Below are positions 30,317 to 40,262 of a DNA stretch of 64,000 bases, one piece after another (position 1 is the stretch's first letter; the number at the start of each line of letters is the position of its first letter). The stretch comes from an uncultured Spirochaetota bacterium (GTDB lineage Bacteria; Spirochaetota; Brevinematia; Brevinematales; JAOACQ01): contig CAVYGN010000002.1 in the NCBI GenBank assembly GCA_963768055.1, forward strand, positions 1,760,001-1,824,000. The letters are read 5' to 3'. A program made the position numbers and the translations under genes. The notes under the pieces are model-generated. The model searched no databases, had not been told where the DNA came from, and saw nothing but the letters and a program-made list of their open reading frames with translations.

Positions 30317-30388
30317 TTCACACGGAGTCACGGTGCGGGAGTCGAAATGACGAGAGACAAAGCCCTCTGTGTCTCTGTTTCTGTGTAA
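30317..30388. repeat. Imperfect REP-like inverted repeat between convergent genes
   Basis: TTCACACGGAGTCACGG ... CTCTGTGTCTCTGTTTCTGTGTAA; single copy in the window. Confidence 0.3.
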
Positions 30389-30460
30389 AAATTCTTAGTG
30401 ACTTTTGCTGTGAGATATAATCTCTTCTATAATTTAGTTAAGAATATGTCTATTTCCATC

Positions 30461-31165
30461 TTATTTTTTAAGCAATCTCAGTATGCCGTCGATAAAGGTG
30501 AGCGGGTGCGGAGGACATCCGGGTATATAAAGATCGATTTTGTTGCGATCGAAAAAATCTCTTTTTAATGCTGGTGAAGATGCGAAAATACCTCCGCTGA
30601 TTGCGCAAGTCCCGACGGCTATGATGATCCTGGGTTCAGGAACGGCTTTTAGCGTATCATCCAGGGCGGCGGACATATTTTCAGAAACAGGCCCTGTTAT
30701 GACAATCCCGTCGGCATGCCTGGGAGAAGCCGTGAATTCAATTCCATATCGTCCCATGTCGAAATTAGCGTTTGAACAGGCGGCAAGTTCCATCTCGCAG
30801 CCGTTGCAGCCTCCGGCCGAAACCTGCCTGAGTTTTAAGGAATTCCCGAAAATGCGTTTTATTTCTTTTCCGGAATCGGCCGATGCTGATGAGAAAGCGA
30901 ATTTATGTTCGCTGTTAAAACGTATTGATTTTTCAGGGCATTCCCTTTCGCAATCTCCGCAAAATACGCATTTTCCAAGGTCGATCCTAAGCGGGGCGAG
31001 TCCGATAGCGCCGGTAGGACAGACCTCTTCACAGATGCCGCACCTGCTGCAATTTTTATTATTTACAACCGGAAGGCCCCGGAATTTCTTGTCGATATGC
31101 GCCTTTCCCGGATCAGGAATATATTGACGGCCTTGATTCATTTTAATCCGAATAATATCAAACAT
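30461..31165 (-). CDS. Ehr/hydrogenase-4 small subunit (2x[4Fe-4S] ferredoxin fused to NuoB/HyfI-like domain)
   Basis: CSRCGICEEVCP, CVFCGDCERECP, GGCNGCE, SPRHAD, GTCA, PGCPP. Confidence 0.9.
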   Translation of the reverse strand: MFDIIRIKMNQGRQYIPDPGKAHIDKKFRGLPVVNNKNCSRCGICEEVCPTGAIGLAPLRIDLGKCVFCGDCERECPEKSIRFNSEHKFAFSSASADSGKEIKRIFGNSLKLRQVSAGGCNGCEMELAACSNANFDMGRYGIEFTASPRHADGIVITGPVSENMSAALDDTLKAVPEPRIIIAVGTCAISGGIFASSPALKRDFFDRNKIDLYIPGCPPHPLTFIDGILRLLKK

Positions 31166-31183
31166 TACTAACCCCTTCCCCAA

Positions 31184-32674
31184 TCATAGATCGAACCCGC
31201 AGTAGCTTAAATTAAAGCTCTTGTTGCAAAGCGGAAAATCCGAGATAGCGCCGTTTCTCATCGCCAGCGCAAGCCCATACCAGTTATTGAATGACGGGTC
31301 TTTGATTTTATAACGGAGAAAATTTCCGTCTTTGCCGGTTATCAACGAATGGGATACTTCTCCCCTCCAACCCTCGGTAAGCGATACTACAAGGCTGTCA
31401 GGTTTTATTTTTCTCACGGCAGTTTTGAGAGGTTTATATCCCGGAATGTTGTCAAGCTGTTCGATTATGTACTGGATGGACTGTTTAATCTCTACATAGC
31501 GAATATATGCCCTTGCGAATACGTCGCCGCTATTAAGGGTTATTTTATGAAACGGGAAATTCCGGTAAATTCCATAGGGATGGTCGGTCCGCACATCTAC
31601 CGGGACTCCCGATGCCCTTGCTGCCAGTCCTACCATGCCGATATCCCTGGCGATATCTTCAGATAGAACCCCTGTCTGCTCGAATCTGGATAAAACACCG
31701 GCGGAGGAAAACATGGCTTCAGCCATTAATCCTGTGTTCCTGTATATATCTTTCAGATTTTTTCTGATAACGGCCGTCGATTCCATATCAAGGTCAAAAA
31801 GGACCCCGCCCGGTCTGATAAACCCTCTTCCGAAACGGCTTCCACAAAGAGCCAGGGTAGTGTTTATTGCAAGCGTCCTTATCGTGCCGAAAAATGAGCT
31901 GCCCATAAGATACGCAACATCGTTTGCCAGGGCGGAAAGATCTCCGAGATGAACGGCTATTCTTTCAAGCTCAAGCGCGATAGCTCGGATAGACTGGGAT
32001 CTGAGAGAAATATCAATATTTTCCAATTCTTCCAGGGCTCTTGCGCAAACTGTCGTATGTGCGATTACCGAGTCTCCCGCTATCGATTCGGCGATATGAG
32101 GGAAAAAACGGGTGTTTTTTCCCAGAAAAAGCTTTTCTACTCCGCGGTGCTGGTAGCCAAGCTGGATCTCCAGGTGGTAGAGGTTTTCTCCATGGCAGGA
32201 AAAACGGAAATGGCCCGGTTCGATGATGCCGGCATGCACAGGGCCTACCGCTACCTCATGGATCTCATCGCCTTCGATTTTAAAAAAAGGATAATTTTCC
32301 ATTGTTTGAGTTTTATCAAACCTGTCCGAAGAATACCTCACCGGCTTCAGCCATGGATGGCCCTCAGGTTTAATTCCAAATTCTTCAAAAAATTCCCTCT
32401 CGAACATATGTAAAGAGGGCATTTCAGGCGTAATAGCCGGATATGATCTTTCACTTTTGAACATTGCCGAAGATACAAGCAGCCTGGAGTTTTCATCATC
32501 CGCCAGGACTGTAAAAAGAAGGACCCCTTCGCGCTTTTTCAGGCCGAAGAAAGCCACAACTCTTTTATAGTTCCTGCATTCCTTTATTATTTCACTCCTC
32601 AAAGCTTGAATGTCCAGAACCGGTATTTCATCCAGATTCAAGACCCGGCTGTTTCTCGTTATTGCCCAGTTCAT
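31184..32674 (-). CDS. Ehr/HyfG-like large subunit (NuoC+D-like) lacking NiFe-binding cysteines
   Basis: FERE, VGPVHAGIIEPGHFRF, YQHRGVE, LERIAVH, EGWRGE, DPSF; AESIAGD replaces RxCGxC; ends CNKSFNLSYCGFDL. Confidence 0.9.
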   Translation of the reverse strand: MNWAITRNSRVLNLDEIPVLDIQALRSEIIKECRNYKRVVAFFGLKKREGVLLFTVLADDENSRLLVSSAMFKSERSYPAITPEMPSLHMFEREFFEEFGIKPEGHPWLKPVRYSSDRFDKTQTMENYPFFKIEGDEIHEVAVGPVHAGIIEPGHFRFSCHGENLYHLEIQLGYQHRGVEKLFLGKNTRFFPHIAESIAGDSVIAHTTVCARALEELENIDISLRSQSIRAIALELERIAVHLGDLSALANDVAYLMGSSFFGTIRTLAINTTLALCGSRFGRGFIRPGGVLFDLDMESTAVIRKNLKDIYRNTGLMAEAMFSSAGVLSRFEQTGVLSEDIARDIGMVGLAARASGVPVDVRTDHPYGIYRNFPFHKITLNSGDVFARAYIRYVEIKQSIQYIIEQLDNIPGYKPLKTAVRKIKPDSLVVSLTEGWRGEVSHSLITGKDGNFLRYKIKDPSFNNWYGLALAMRNGAISDFPLCNKSFNLSYCGFDL

Positions 32675-34080
32675 TTCAGGCCGTCCGCCGCATTCGTTAT
32701 GATCCGGAATATGTAATCAGGAAGCCCCAGGCCCATTGAGAAAAGAAGGGACAGCATGATCGCCTGCGGAATAATATTTAGAAATCTATTGTGTGAAGGG
32801 GAGATCTTATGTTCCGGTTTTCCCCAGCTCATTTTAAAAACAGCGGTTCCCATCCCGGCAATAGTAACTGTAATTAAAAGAAAGAATAAAATAACCATTA
32901 CAGGCTGTCCGTTTCCGATCATTGCCTTCACAATGGCAAACTCGCTGAAAAATATCGGAGAAGGCGGTATTCCGGCTATGCCGATAAATGAAAGTATCCA
33001 GAACCAGCCGGTTGCCGTATCGTTTTTTAAAAGGCCTGAGACGCCGTCTGTTTTTTTAGTGCCGAAGCTATGAAGAATATTTCCGGAGGTTAAAAAGAGC
33101 GAAACCTTGGAAAGAGAATGAAATACGATCTGCAGGAAAGCGGCCAAAACAGCGCTTCCGCCGATACCCAGGGCAATAGAAATTATGCCCATATTTTCAA
33201 TGGAAGAATAGGCCAGCATCCTTTTATAATTTTTCATCCTTACTATATAAACGGCGCTAACAAGCAGAGACAGGAATCCCATGCCGATCAGAAGTATTTT
33301 TGCAAAGCCGTCCTGTCCAGCCTGGATCATCAGCTTGTAAACCCGGATAATCCCCAGCAGCGCGGTGTTCAGAAGAGTGCCTGAAAGCATAGCCGATACA
33401 GGGGACGGCGCTTCCGAATGAGCGTCGGGAAGCCAGGCATGCATTGGGGCCAGGCCGGTTTTTGTCCCGAGACCGACTAAGATGAAAATAAATGAAAGTT
33501 TAAGCCAGAACGGGTTGATCAGCTTTGCGTTTTGATAGAGATCGGTAAAAAAGAGCGAATTTATGCTGCCCATCCCCAGGGACAGGAAAATGATCCCGAC
33601 AAAGGCCAGGGATATACCGATGGAGCAGATGAATATGTATTTCCAGGCTGCTTCGAGCGAAGCATCGGTCTTGCTGAAATAGATAAGGTAAGAGCTTGTC
33701 AGGGTCGTAGCCTCCACGAACACCCATAACAGGCCCAGGTGGGTTGCCAGTATCACACAGGTCATTGAAAAAACAAATAGAAGAAAGAAAACGGTATAAT
33801 AAGTATGGCTCTTTTTCGGAGCCTCGCTGCGCCTCAGGTAACCGATATTGTAGATTGAAACACAAAAATAAAGTACGGCAAGTATCATCATAAAAAGAAT
33901 ATTGATCTCATCAACCTGAAGATAGGGGGTAAATTGCCCGGGCTTTAAAAGGAGAAGAATCGTAATAAAAATGTAAATAATGGAGTATCCCAGATTGGCG
34001 AACGCATTGATCGATCTTGATTGAATGAGAAAGAGCAGAAGCCCCAATACAAGCGGGAAAATTAAAAGCGTTTCAATCAT
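32671..34080 (-). CDS. hyfF: Hydrogenase-4 component F-like antiporter subunit
   Basis: WVFVEATTL, LEAAWKY, GTKTGLAPMHAWLPDAHSEAP, KRMLAYSSIENMG. Confidence 0.88.
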   Translation of the reverse strand: MIETLLIFPLVLGLLLFLIQSRSINAFANLGYSIIYIFITILLLLKPGQFTPYLQVDEINILFMMILAVLYFCVSIYNIGYLRRSEAPKKSHTYYTVFFLLFVFSMTCVILATHLGLLWVFVEATTLTSSYLIYFSKTDASLEAAWKYIFICSIGISLAFVGIIFLSLGMGSINSLFFTDLYQNAKLINPFWLKLSFIFILVGLGTKTGLAPMHAWLPDAHSEAPSPVSAMLSGTLLNTALLGIIRVYKLMIQAGQDGFAKILLIGMGFLSLLVSAVYIVRMKNYKRMLAYSSIENMGIISIALGIGGSAVLAAFLQIVFHSLSKVSLFLTSGNILHSFGTKKTDGVSGLLKNDTATGWFWILSFIGIAGIPPSPIFFSEFAIVKAMIGNGQPVMVILFFLLITVTIAGMGTAVFKMSWGKPEHKISPSHNRFLNIIPQAIMLSLLFSMGLGLPDYIFRIITNAADGLK

Positions 34081-34082
34081 AG

Positions 34083-34718
34083 TTAGTCCTTTAAATCTGT
34101 TAACGTGTCTATATGGTCCCGATTGTAGCGGATTTGTATTTTATTTACAAAGAGGCCTAACAGATAGATGCAGATAAATATGTCCAGAAGCACCCCCATA
34201 TTTACTATCAGCGGCATTTCCTTTGCAATGGACAGCGAGAGAAGGAATATGCCGTTTTCCAGCATCATATATCCCATTACATGAGTAACTATCTTTTTCC
34301 TGGTCATAATAATGAAGAGCGCTGAGATAATAAATGAGATCGATATTCCGAAATAAAGCGGCCTGATATTATTTCCGTTTTTCATCGACCAGTAGGAGAT
34401 GAAAAATCCGAAAGCAAAAATAATACTTACTATCAGTACGGAATAAAAACCGGGCAGATAGGGCTCAACTTCCTTCAAAATCGAGTTTTTTCTTACTATG
34501 CGGACCAGGATAATCGGGATGATAATAGTTTTGAATATGATAGTCTCTAAAGAAAGAAATAAAAAAGTGACCTGCTCGATCCTTCCGAAATCTGCCAGTA
34601 TCATTAAAAACAGGATTATTCCCTGTACGGCCAGAGCTTTGATATAACCCTCTATACGGCTGGTCGCCGCTGTAAAAAGAAGGGTTACGCCGAATAGAAC
34701 GAGTAGAAAATTTATCAT
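34083..34718 (-). CDS. hyfE: Hydrogenase-4 component E-like membrane subunit
   Basis: LAVQG, GYMMLENGIF, P..VNMGVLLD; ATG 34718 couples with the hyfC stop. Confidence 0.85.
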   Translation of the reverse strand: MINFLLVLFGVTLLFTAATSRIEGYIKALAVQGIILFLMILADFGRIEQVTFLFLSLETIIFKTIIIPIILVRIVRKNSILKEVEPYLPGFYSVLIVSIIFAFGFFISYWSMKNGNNIRPLYFGISISFIISALFIIMTRKKIVTHVMGYMMLENGIFLLSLSIAKEMPLIVNMGVLLDIFICIYLLGLFVNKIQIRYNRDHIDTLTDLKD

Positions 34719-35638
34719 GGCCTGACTCCGAAAGAGAAAAATGCAGTCAAGGATAATATAATTAACGCGAGAGATGTCATCAGCAGAATAAATTGCGGTA
34801 CCTTGGACATCCTGAGCCTGGCTATAAAAGACTCCAGGCAACCTATGAGTACGGCGCTTATCATTTGCACTGCGGTAAATAACAAAATGTAATAAAAAAG
34901 AGGCAGGTTCACGGGAATAATAAGGGCCTCAATAAGTGAAGTAATAACAACCATTTTCATTCCCGATCCGTAATTGATAAGGGCCAAGTCGGGCCCTGAA
35001 TTGTCCAGGACCATTACTTCATGGATCATAGTAAGTTCGAGATGGGTGTTCGGGTCGTCTACAGGCACTCTTGAGCCTTCGGTAATGAGCATAATAAATA
35101 ATGCGGCTATTATCAGGGCCATTATCAATGTTATCAAACTGTTATGCAGATAGGGAAGGGAGAGTATCTTTTCAAAAGATATGCTTCCCGAAAGCATCGC
35201 CAGCGATGCCATGATTATGAAGAAAGCCGGTTCGATAAAGCTGGTAAAAGCCGCCTCGCGGCTCGCGCCCATTCCCTCGAAGCTTGAACCGGTATCCATT
35301 GCGCCCAGGATGCTTAAAAACTTGCCGGTTGCCAGGATATAGGCAAACAATATGAAGTCGCCGTCGAAGGGCAGGACAGAAGAACTTAATGTAATCGGAA
35401 CCAGCAGACCTGCGAACAGGATTGAAGCGAACGTGACGGATGGCGCTATCTGAAAAATAATTGAAGTGGAAAACCCGATTACTTCGCCCTTTTTCAATAA
35501 TTTAAAAAAATCAAAGAACGGCTGAATTACCGGGGCCCCCTTCCTTCCCGTCCAGAAGGCCTTGGTTTTATTAATAATACCGAGATATAAAAAGGGCATA
35601 GTTAAAAGGAATATGATATTTATTATTTTTACCGTCAT
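34715..35638 (-). CDS. hyfC: Hydrogenase-4 component C (NuoH-like)
   Basis: GRKGAPVIQPFFD, DTGSSFEGMGASRE, RVPVDDPNTHLELTMIHE. Confidence 0.9.
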   Translation of the reverse strand: MTVKIINIIFLLTMPFLYLGIINKTKAFWTGRKGAPVIQPFFDFFKLLKKGEVIGFSTSIIFQIAPSVTFASILFAGLLVPITLSSSVLPFDGDFILFAYILATGKFLSILGAMDTGSSFEGMGASREAAFTSFIEPAFFIIMASLAMLSGSISFEKILSLPYLHNSLITLIMALIIAALFIMLITEGSRVPVDDPNTHLELTMIHEVMVLDNSGPDLALINYGSGMKMVVITSLIEALIIPVNLPLFYYILLFTAVQMISAVLIGCLESFIARLRMSKVPQFILLMTSLALIILSLTAFFSFGVRP

Positions 35639-37624
35639 TTGTAGCTGCCTATAGTCAGGAGTATTGTTATGATGAGAAAGATTAGGCCGTAAAGAATGTA
35701 CAGCTGGGTGTTTCCGTTCTGGATCCATGAAAACAATTCGAGGAATTTTAAGACTCCTTTAACGGCCGGCCTTATGATATTTTGAGTTACCCAATCACGG
35801 CTCTCCGATTGAAAGTCCGAAGTTACGGGAAAAAGCCCGGAAGGCTTTTTTAATTTTTCTTCAATACCGGCTAAGGGCTTCATCAGCGCCAGGAACGGCT
35901 GGGCAAAGGAGGATGAAGTATACTGCATCCGGGAGTTACCCGCCTGATAACCGCAGTTCCAGGTTTTAAAATACCTTACGGATTTCCCCGCCAGAAGTAT
36001 ACGCCTGAAGACGATTATTATTATTGATATCGATATAAAAACCATGCAGCCTGCCGAGATTCTGCCGAGGATAAGTATAATTCCTTCGGAAGATAACACA
36101 GGCTGCGCCCCCTGCGTAAGCGCCATTACAGGTTTTTCCACCATATTGAAGACATATTGTGGAAATATCCCGATTATTAAACAGAACAGGGATAATAAAG
36201 CCATCGGGATCAGTAAAGTCATTTCACTCTCCCGGGCTTTTTCGGCATGAAAGCTTCTGGGCAAGCCCAGGAAAACTGTACCCGAAACCTTTGTAAAGCA
36301 TAACAGGGCCATTGTTCCGACAAAAGCTAATGAGGCTATGGTAAGGACTAAGACGGTAAAGATAACCGCGCCTCCTGTTTTAAGCCCTGAAAGCATCCCT
36401 GAATAAATCAGAAATTCGCTTATAAAACCGTTAAAGGGCGGGAGTCCGCAGATTGCGGCGGAACCGATGATAAAAAACAGGGCTGTAAAGGGCATTTTTT
36501 TAATCAGTCCCCCCATTTCTTCGATATTCCGGGTATGGGTTTTCATATATACGGAACCTGCACCGAAAAACAGCAGCTCTTTGAAGATCGAATGGTTGAG
36601 AATATGGAGCAGCCCCCCGCCGAAACCAAGGAATGCCATCATGGCGTTGCCGTAAGAAAGTCCGAGCATGCCGGTCCCTATTCCTATTCCGATAATACCT
36701 ATATTTTCAACACTGTGATAGGCAAGAAGCTTTTTTATGTCATGCTGGGCTATTGCGTAGATCACTCCGAAGAGCGCTGAAAGGGCGGATATTATGATGA
36801 CAAAGTATGAAAGACCGGGAGAAGGCGTTCCTATTCAAGGTAAGTATCCTGAGAATGCCGTATATTCCGGTTTTGATCATGATACCCGACATAATTCCGG
36901 ATACGTTACTTGGCGCGGCCGGATGCGCCCTGGGAAGCCATGAATGAAACGGCATAAAGCCGGCTTTTGTCCCGAAGCCGGCGAAAAACAAAATAAAAAT
37001 TAAATTTGCTGTTTCCTTATTTTTTTCAAAAAAGGATTTGAAAGAATTAAAATTATAATCACCGGATTGGAGCGAGGCGATAATAAATCCGGCGATGATG
37101 AATACTGTGCCGATATGCATAGCTATGAGATAATTAATGCCGGCCCGGAATACTTCTTCTTTTTCATTCTCAAAAACCACAAGGAAAAATGACGATAGCG
37201 ACATAATTTCCCATAGTATTAGAAAAAATAATGCGTTCTGGACGACAAAGAGCATAAGCATGGACGAGATCAAAATGCTCAATAAGAAGAAAAAGGAGGT
37301 TGTCGTCATTTTCCGGCCGAAATAAATCTTCATATATCCGGTGGAGTAGAAGGCCCCCAGGGAACCCATAATAGAAATTATAATGATAAAAAAGGCGGAA
37401 AGGGGATCGATAATAAAACTTACACTGCCGATCGGCTGATTCAGCGTATAATCAAATAAAAGGCTGCCGTTTCCGGACAGAACCCGGACCGATGGAAACA
37501 GGAGTAAAACCGTTCCGGCAGCGAAAAATATCGTTAATATCCAGCCTTTGAATTTCTCCGGGATTAGCGTTGTTAATAAACCTCCGGCCAGAATCAGGCC
37601 GATACCATAAAAAAAACAATCCAT
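35635..37624 (-). pseudogene. hyfB: Hydrogenase-4 component B-like antiporter subunit, split by a +1 frameshift at about 36835
   Basis: 5' ORF has WEIMS, KAG..PFHSWLP.AHPAAP, KTGIYG; 3' ORF has KKLLAYHSVENIG, NHSIFK, PPFNGFISE. Removing one A in TTG-A-ATA restores LTLIGTPSPGLSYF (662 aa). Could be a sequencing error. Confidence 0.85.
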
Positions 37625-37630
37625 TTCCTT

Positions 37631-38305
37631 CTATTTTTTCAACCATTCCTGTTCTTTCAATTCGATATATCTGATGATAATTTCCCTGCCGTTTTGTTCC
37701 TTCAATAACTTAATACATTCTTCCTGCCGGCAGAGAAAGGATATTTTCGATAGGATTTCAAGGTGCCTTTTCGGATTGGCGCTCAAAACAATAAACAGCG
37801 TACTTACAAATTCATTGTCAATCGCTCCGTAATCGATGGGATTTTTAAGAAAGCAAACTGTAACGCTTTCATGTTCGATATCGGCAAGTATCGGATTCCT
37901 CGGATGGGGTATTGCAATACCTTTTCCTATAGCCGTCGGCATCATTTCTTCTCTTTCCAGAAGCGAGTAAATTAGCGCTTCCTTTGTAGTTTCGGGAGGT
38001 ATCGGCATAATATCCGCGGCGCTCTTGATGGTCTCGGTTACGGTCTTCCCTTCGATCCCGTAAAATATTCCCCCTCTTTTCAAAAGCCCTGAAATCGATA
38101 CGGGAAGCCTGGTGAGGTTCATTTCAAGTATTTTATGCGATACGTTAAGGTTGTTCGTTAGTACCCATTCTTTGATTTCAGCCATATTGAAGCGGTATTC
38201 ATGATTTATCTGGTATGCCGGAAGCTTTCGTTCCGCTATCCATTGTAATACGGTTTTTTCCGTAACCTCCAGAAGTTCGACAATGTCCTTTATTTTCAAT
38301 TCCAT
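37631..38305 (-). CDS. Excisionase-like HTH fused to a PTS EIIA(Ntr/Fru)-like domain
   Basis: LLEVTEKTVLQWI..LPAYQI..YRF; LLEREEMMPTAIGKGIAIPHPR phospho-His motif; HLEILSKI. Confidence 0.9.
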   Translation of the reverse strand: MELKIKDIVELLEVTEKTVLQWIAERKLPAYQINHEYRFNMAEIKEWVLTNNLNVSHKILEMNLTRLPVSISGLLKRGGIFYGIEGKTVTETIKSAADIMPIPPETTKEALIYSLLEREEMMPTAIGKGIAIPHPRNPILADIEHESVTVCFLKNPIDYGAIDNEFVSTLFIVLSANPKRHLEILSKISFLCRQEECIKLLKEQNGREIIIRYIELKEQEWLKK

Positions 38306-38406
38306 TCCGTTCCCTTGGATTAATGTTTCACAGAATAAATAGGCGTTTATTTTAACATAAAATCATGGAATTTTCAAAAAAAGCCATTGTATCGATTATC
38401 TATAGT

Positions 38407-39390
38407 TTAAACTCCGGATTGCAACGGTTTATTCCCCAGGACGGCTTCGATCCTTTCTTCCACTTCAGGGGTGAGTTTGGGTACGGTCTCAAGGGATTTA
38501 ATATTCTCGATCACCTGGCCGGGACTGCTCGCTCCTGTAATAACCGTGCTTATATTTTTATTTTTCACGCACCAGGCAATCGCCAGTTGGGCCAATGTGC
38601 AGCTTAAATCCGACACGATAGGTATGAGCTTCCTGACTTTTTCGATCCTTTCCGGGTTAAGCTCCCTATCCCTGAGCCACTCGTACCCCGGAAGGCCCAG
38701 ACGGCTTCCAGCAGGAATTCCATCATTGTACTTGCCTGTAAGAATTCCTGAATCCAGCGGGCTCCATGTCGTCAGGCCCAGGCCGATTTCCTTATAAAGC
38801 CTTAAAAATTCCCTCTCGACTTTTTCACGGGTGAACATATTATACTGGGGCTGTTCCATCCGCGGCTTATGCAGATGATGAGAGTCGGCGATCATATAAG
38901 CCTGCATTATCTGATCAGCGCTCCATTCGGAAGTGCCCCAGTAAAGGGCCTTTCCCTGTGAGATTATATCATGCATCGCCCATACTGTTTCTTCTACGGG
39001 AGTTTCCGGGTCAGGCCTGTGGCAGAAGATGAGGTCTACGTAATCCAGTTGAAGGCGTTTAAGCGATCCGTCAATAGCCTGCATCAGGTATTTTCTATTA
39101 AGGGTGAAACTTTCATTAGGACCTTTGTTCAATCCCCAGAAAAACTTTGTCGAAATGGAATAGCTGACCCTCCGCCAGCCTAGTTTCTTAAGAGTGTTCC
39201 CCATTATTATCTCGGACTGACCTAAGGCGTAAGCTTCCGCGTTATCGAAGAAATTGACGCCCGCGTCATATGCCGCCTTCATAATAGCGATCGATTTCCC
39301 CTCGTCGACCTGCGTTCCGTATGTTACCCAAGAACCGAGAGACAACTCGCTCAATTTAAGTCCCGAGCTTCCAAGATGTCTGTAATTCAT
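38407..39390 (-). CDS. Aldo/keto reductase (Kv-beta-like)
   Basis: [40 protein letters not shown]. Confidence 0.93.
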   Translation of the reverse strand: MNYRHLGSSGLKLSELSLGSWVTYGTQVDEGKSIAIMKAAYDAGVNFFDNAEAYALGQSEIIMGNTLKKLGWRRVSYSISTKFFWGLNKGPNESFTLNRKYLMQAIDGSLKRLQLDYVDLIFCHRPDPETPVEETVWAMHDIISQGKALYWGTSEWSADQIMQAYMIADSHHLHKPRMEQPQYNMFTREKVEREFLRLYKEIGLGLTTWSPLDSGILTGKYNDGIPAGSRLGLPGYEWLRDRELNPERIEKVRKLIPIVSDLSCTLAQLAIAWCVKNKNISTVITGASSPGQVIENIKSLETVPKLTPEVEERIEAVLGNKPLQSGV

Positions 39391-39477
39391 ATATTGTTCC
39401 TTCCAATCGTTATTTCTATAAAAATAATCATTTTGGATTGTGTTTTCAATTAATTCAGGAACTTATATCTAAAAATG

Positions 39478-39506
39478 TTGACTTGACCGGCGTCCTCAGA
39501 TAGAAT
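39478..39506 (+). promoter_or_regulatory. sigma70 promoter for the FecR lipoprotein gene
   Basis: TTGACT-17 nt-TAGAAT, followed by GAGGAGG RBS. Confidence 0.6.
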
Positions 39507-39536
39507 TTTCCTGAAACCTTAGAGGAGGTTAAAATC

Positions 39537-40232
39537 ATGAAAAAGACGTGTATATTTATAGTATTTCTATTAATTCTGGCTGTTTTCAGCTGTTCAAAAA
39601 AAGTAAGTACTGAAAGTTTTTCTGGAAAGATACTTTTGACCGCCGGTAGTGTTTTAGTTAATGACACTCCGGCAAGCGTGGACTCTGATGTCCCGGCGGA
39701 TTCCACCATTACAACCGGAAAGGATTCCATCTGTGAAATCGTTTTTAACGGGAAAAACATCATTCATATACTCGAAAACAGCTCCATAAAACTGAATATG
39801 CTCCAGGAGCAGAAAGGAATAAAAATCAAATCGGGGGGCCTGGAAGCTGTTGTCAAAAACCTCGGCTATGCAAAAGACGGACTGCCCCCTTTTAAAGTCG
39901 AGACGGAGACGGCGGTCGCGGCTGTCCGCGGCACCACCTTTTATGTCAGGGCCATCGATAGTTCAAATACAGTAGTATGCGCCTGCAACGGTGTTGTTGC
40001 GCTGGGGAACCCGGGCCAGACTAATTTAGAGACTGTAGAATCCCGCCATCATACCGGTTTTGTCTTTATTTCAGGTACAAACGGCCTCAGTTTCAGGGAA
40101 GTAAAACTTAAGTATAAAAATGATGCCGAATTGAAAAAGATTGTCGGCCATAACAACAGGGATATGGAGGAACTGGCCGCAAAAATCGGGGTAAAAATCG
40201 ATTGGCGGCATGTCGACAGGGCCGTCCGGTAG
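39537..40232 (+). CDS. FecR-domain lipoprotein
   Basis: Lipobox LAVFS-C; ITTGKDS, ENSSI, VETETAVAAVRGTTF. Confidence 0.85.
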   Translation: MKKTCIFIVFLLILAVFSCSKKVSTESFSGKILLTAGSVLVNDTPASVDSDVPADSTITTGKDSICEIVFNGKNIIHILENSSIKLNMLQEQKGIKIKSGGLEAVVKNLGYAKDGLPPFKVETETAVAAVRGTTFYVRAIDSSNTVVCACNGVVALGNPGQTNLETVESRHHTGFVFISGTNGLSFREVKLKYKNDAELKKIVGHNNRDMEELAAKIGVKIDWRHVDRAVR

Positions 40233-40262
40233 GACGGTCCGGTAAGACAGCAATCCGGAGTT

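Noticed and set aside
31184..32674. Annotation as a true [NiFe]-hydrogenase / formate hydrogenlyase large subunit
   Set aside because: Both Ni-binding CxxC motifs are missing.
39537..40232. FecR protein as anti-sigma for the ECF at 46314
   Set aside because: It is a lipoprotein with no cytoplasmic domain and lies 6 kb away; the sigma has its own coupled partner.
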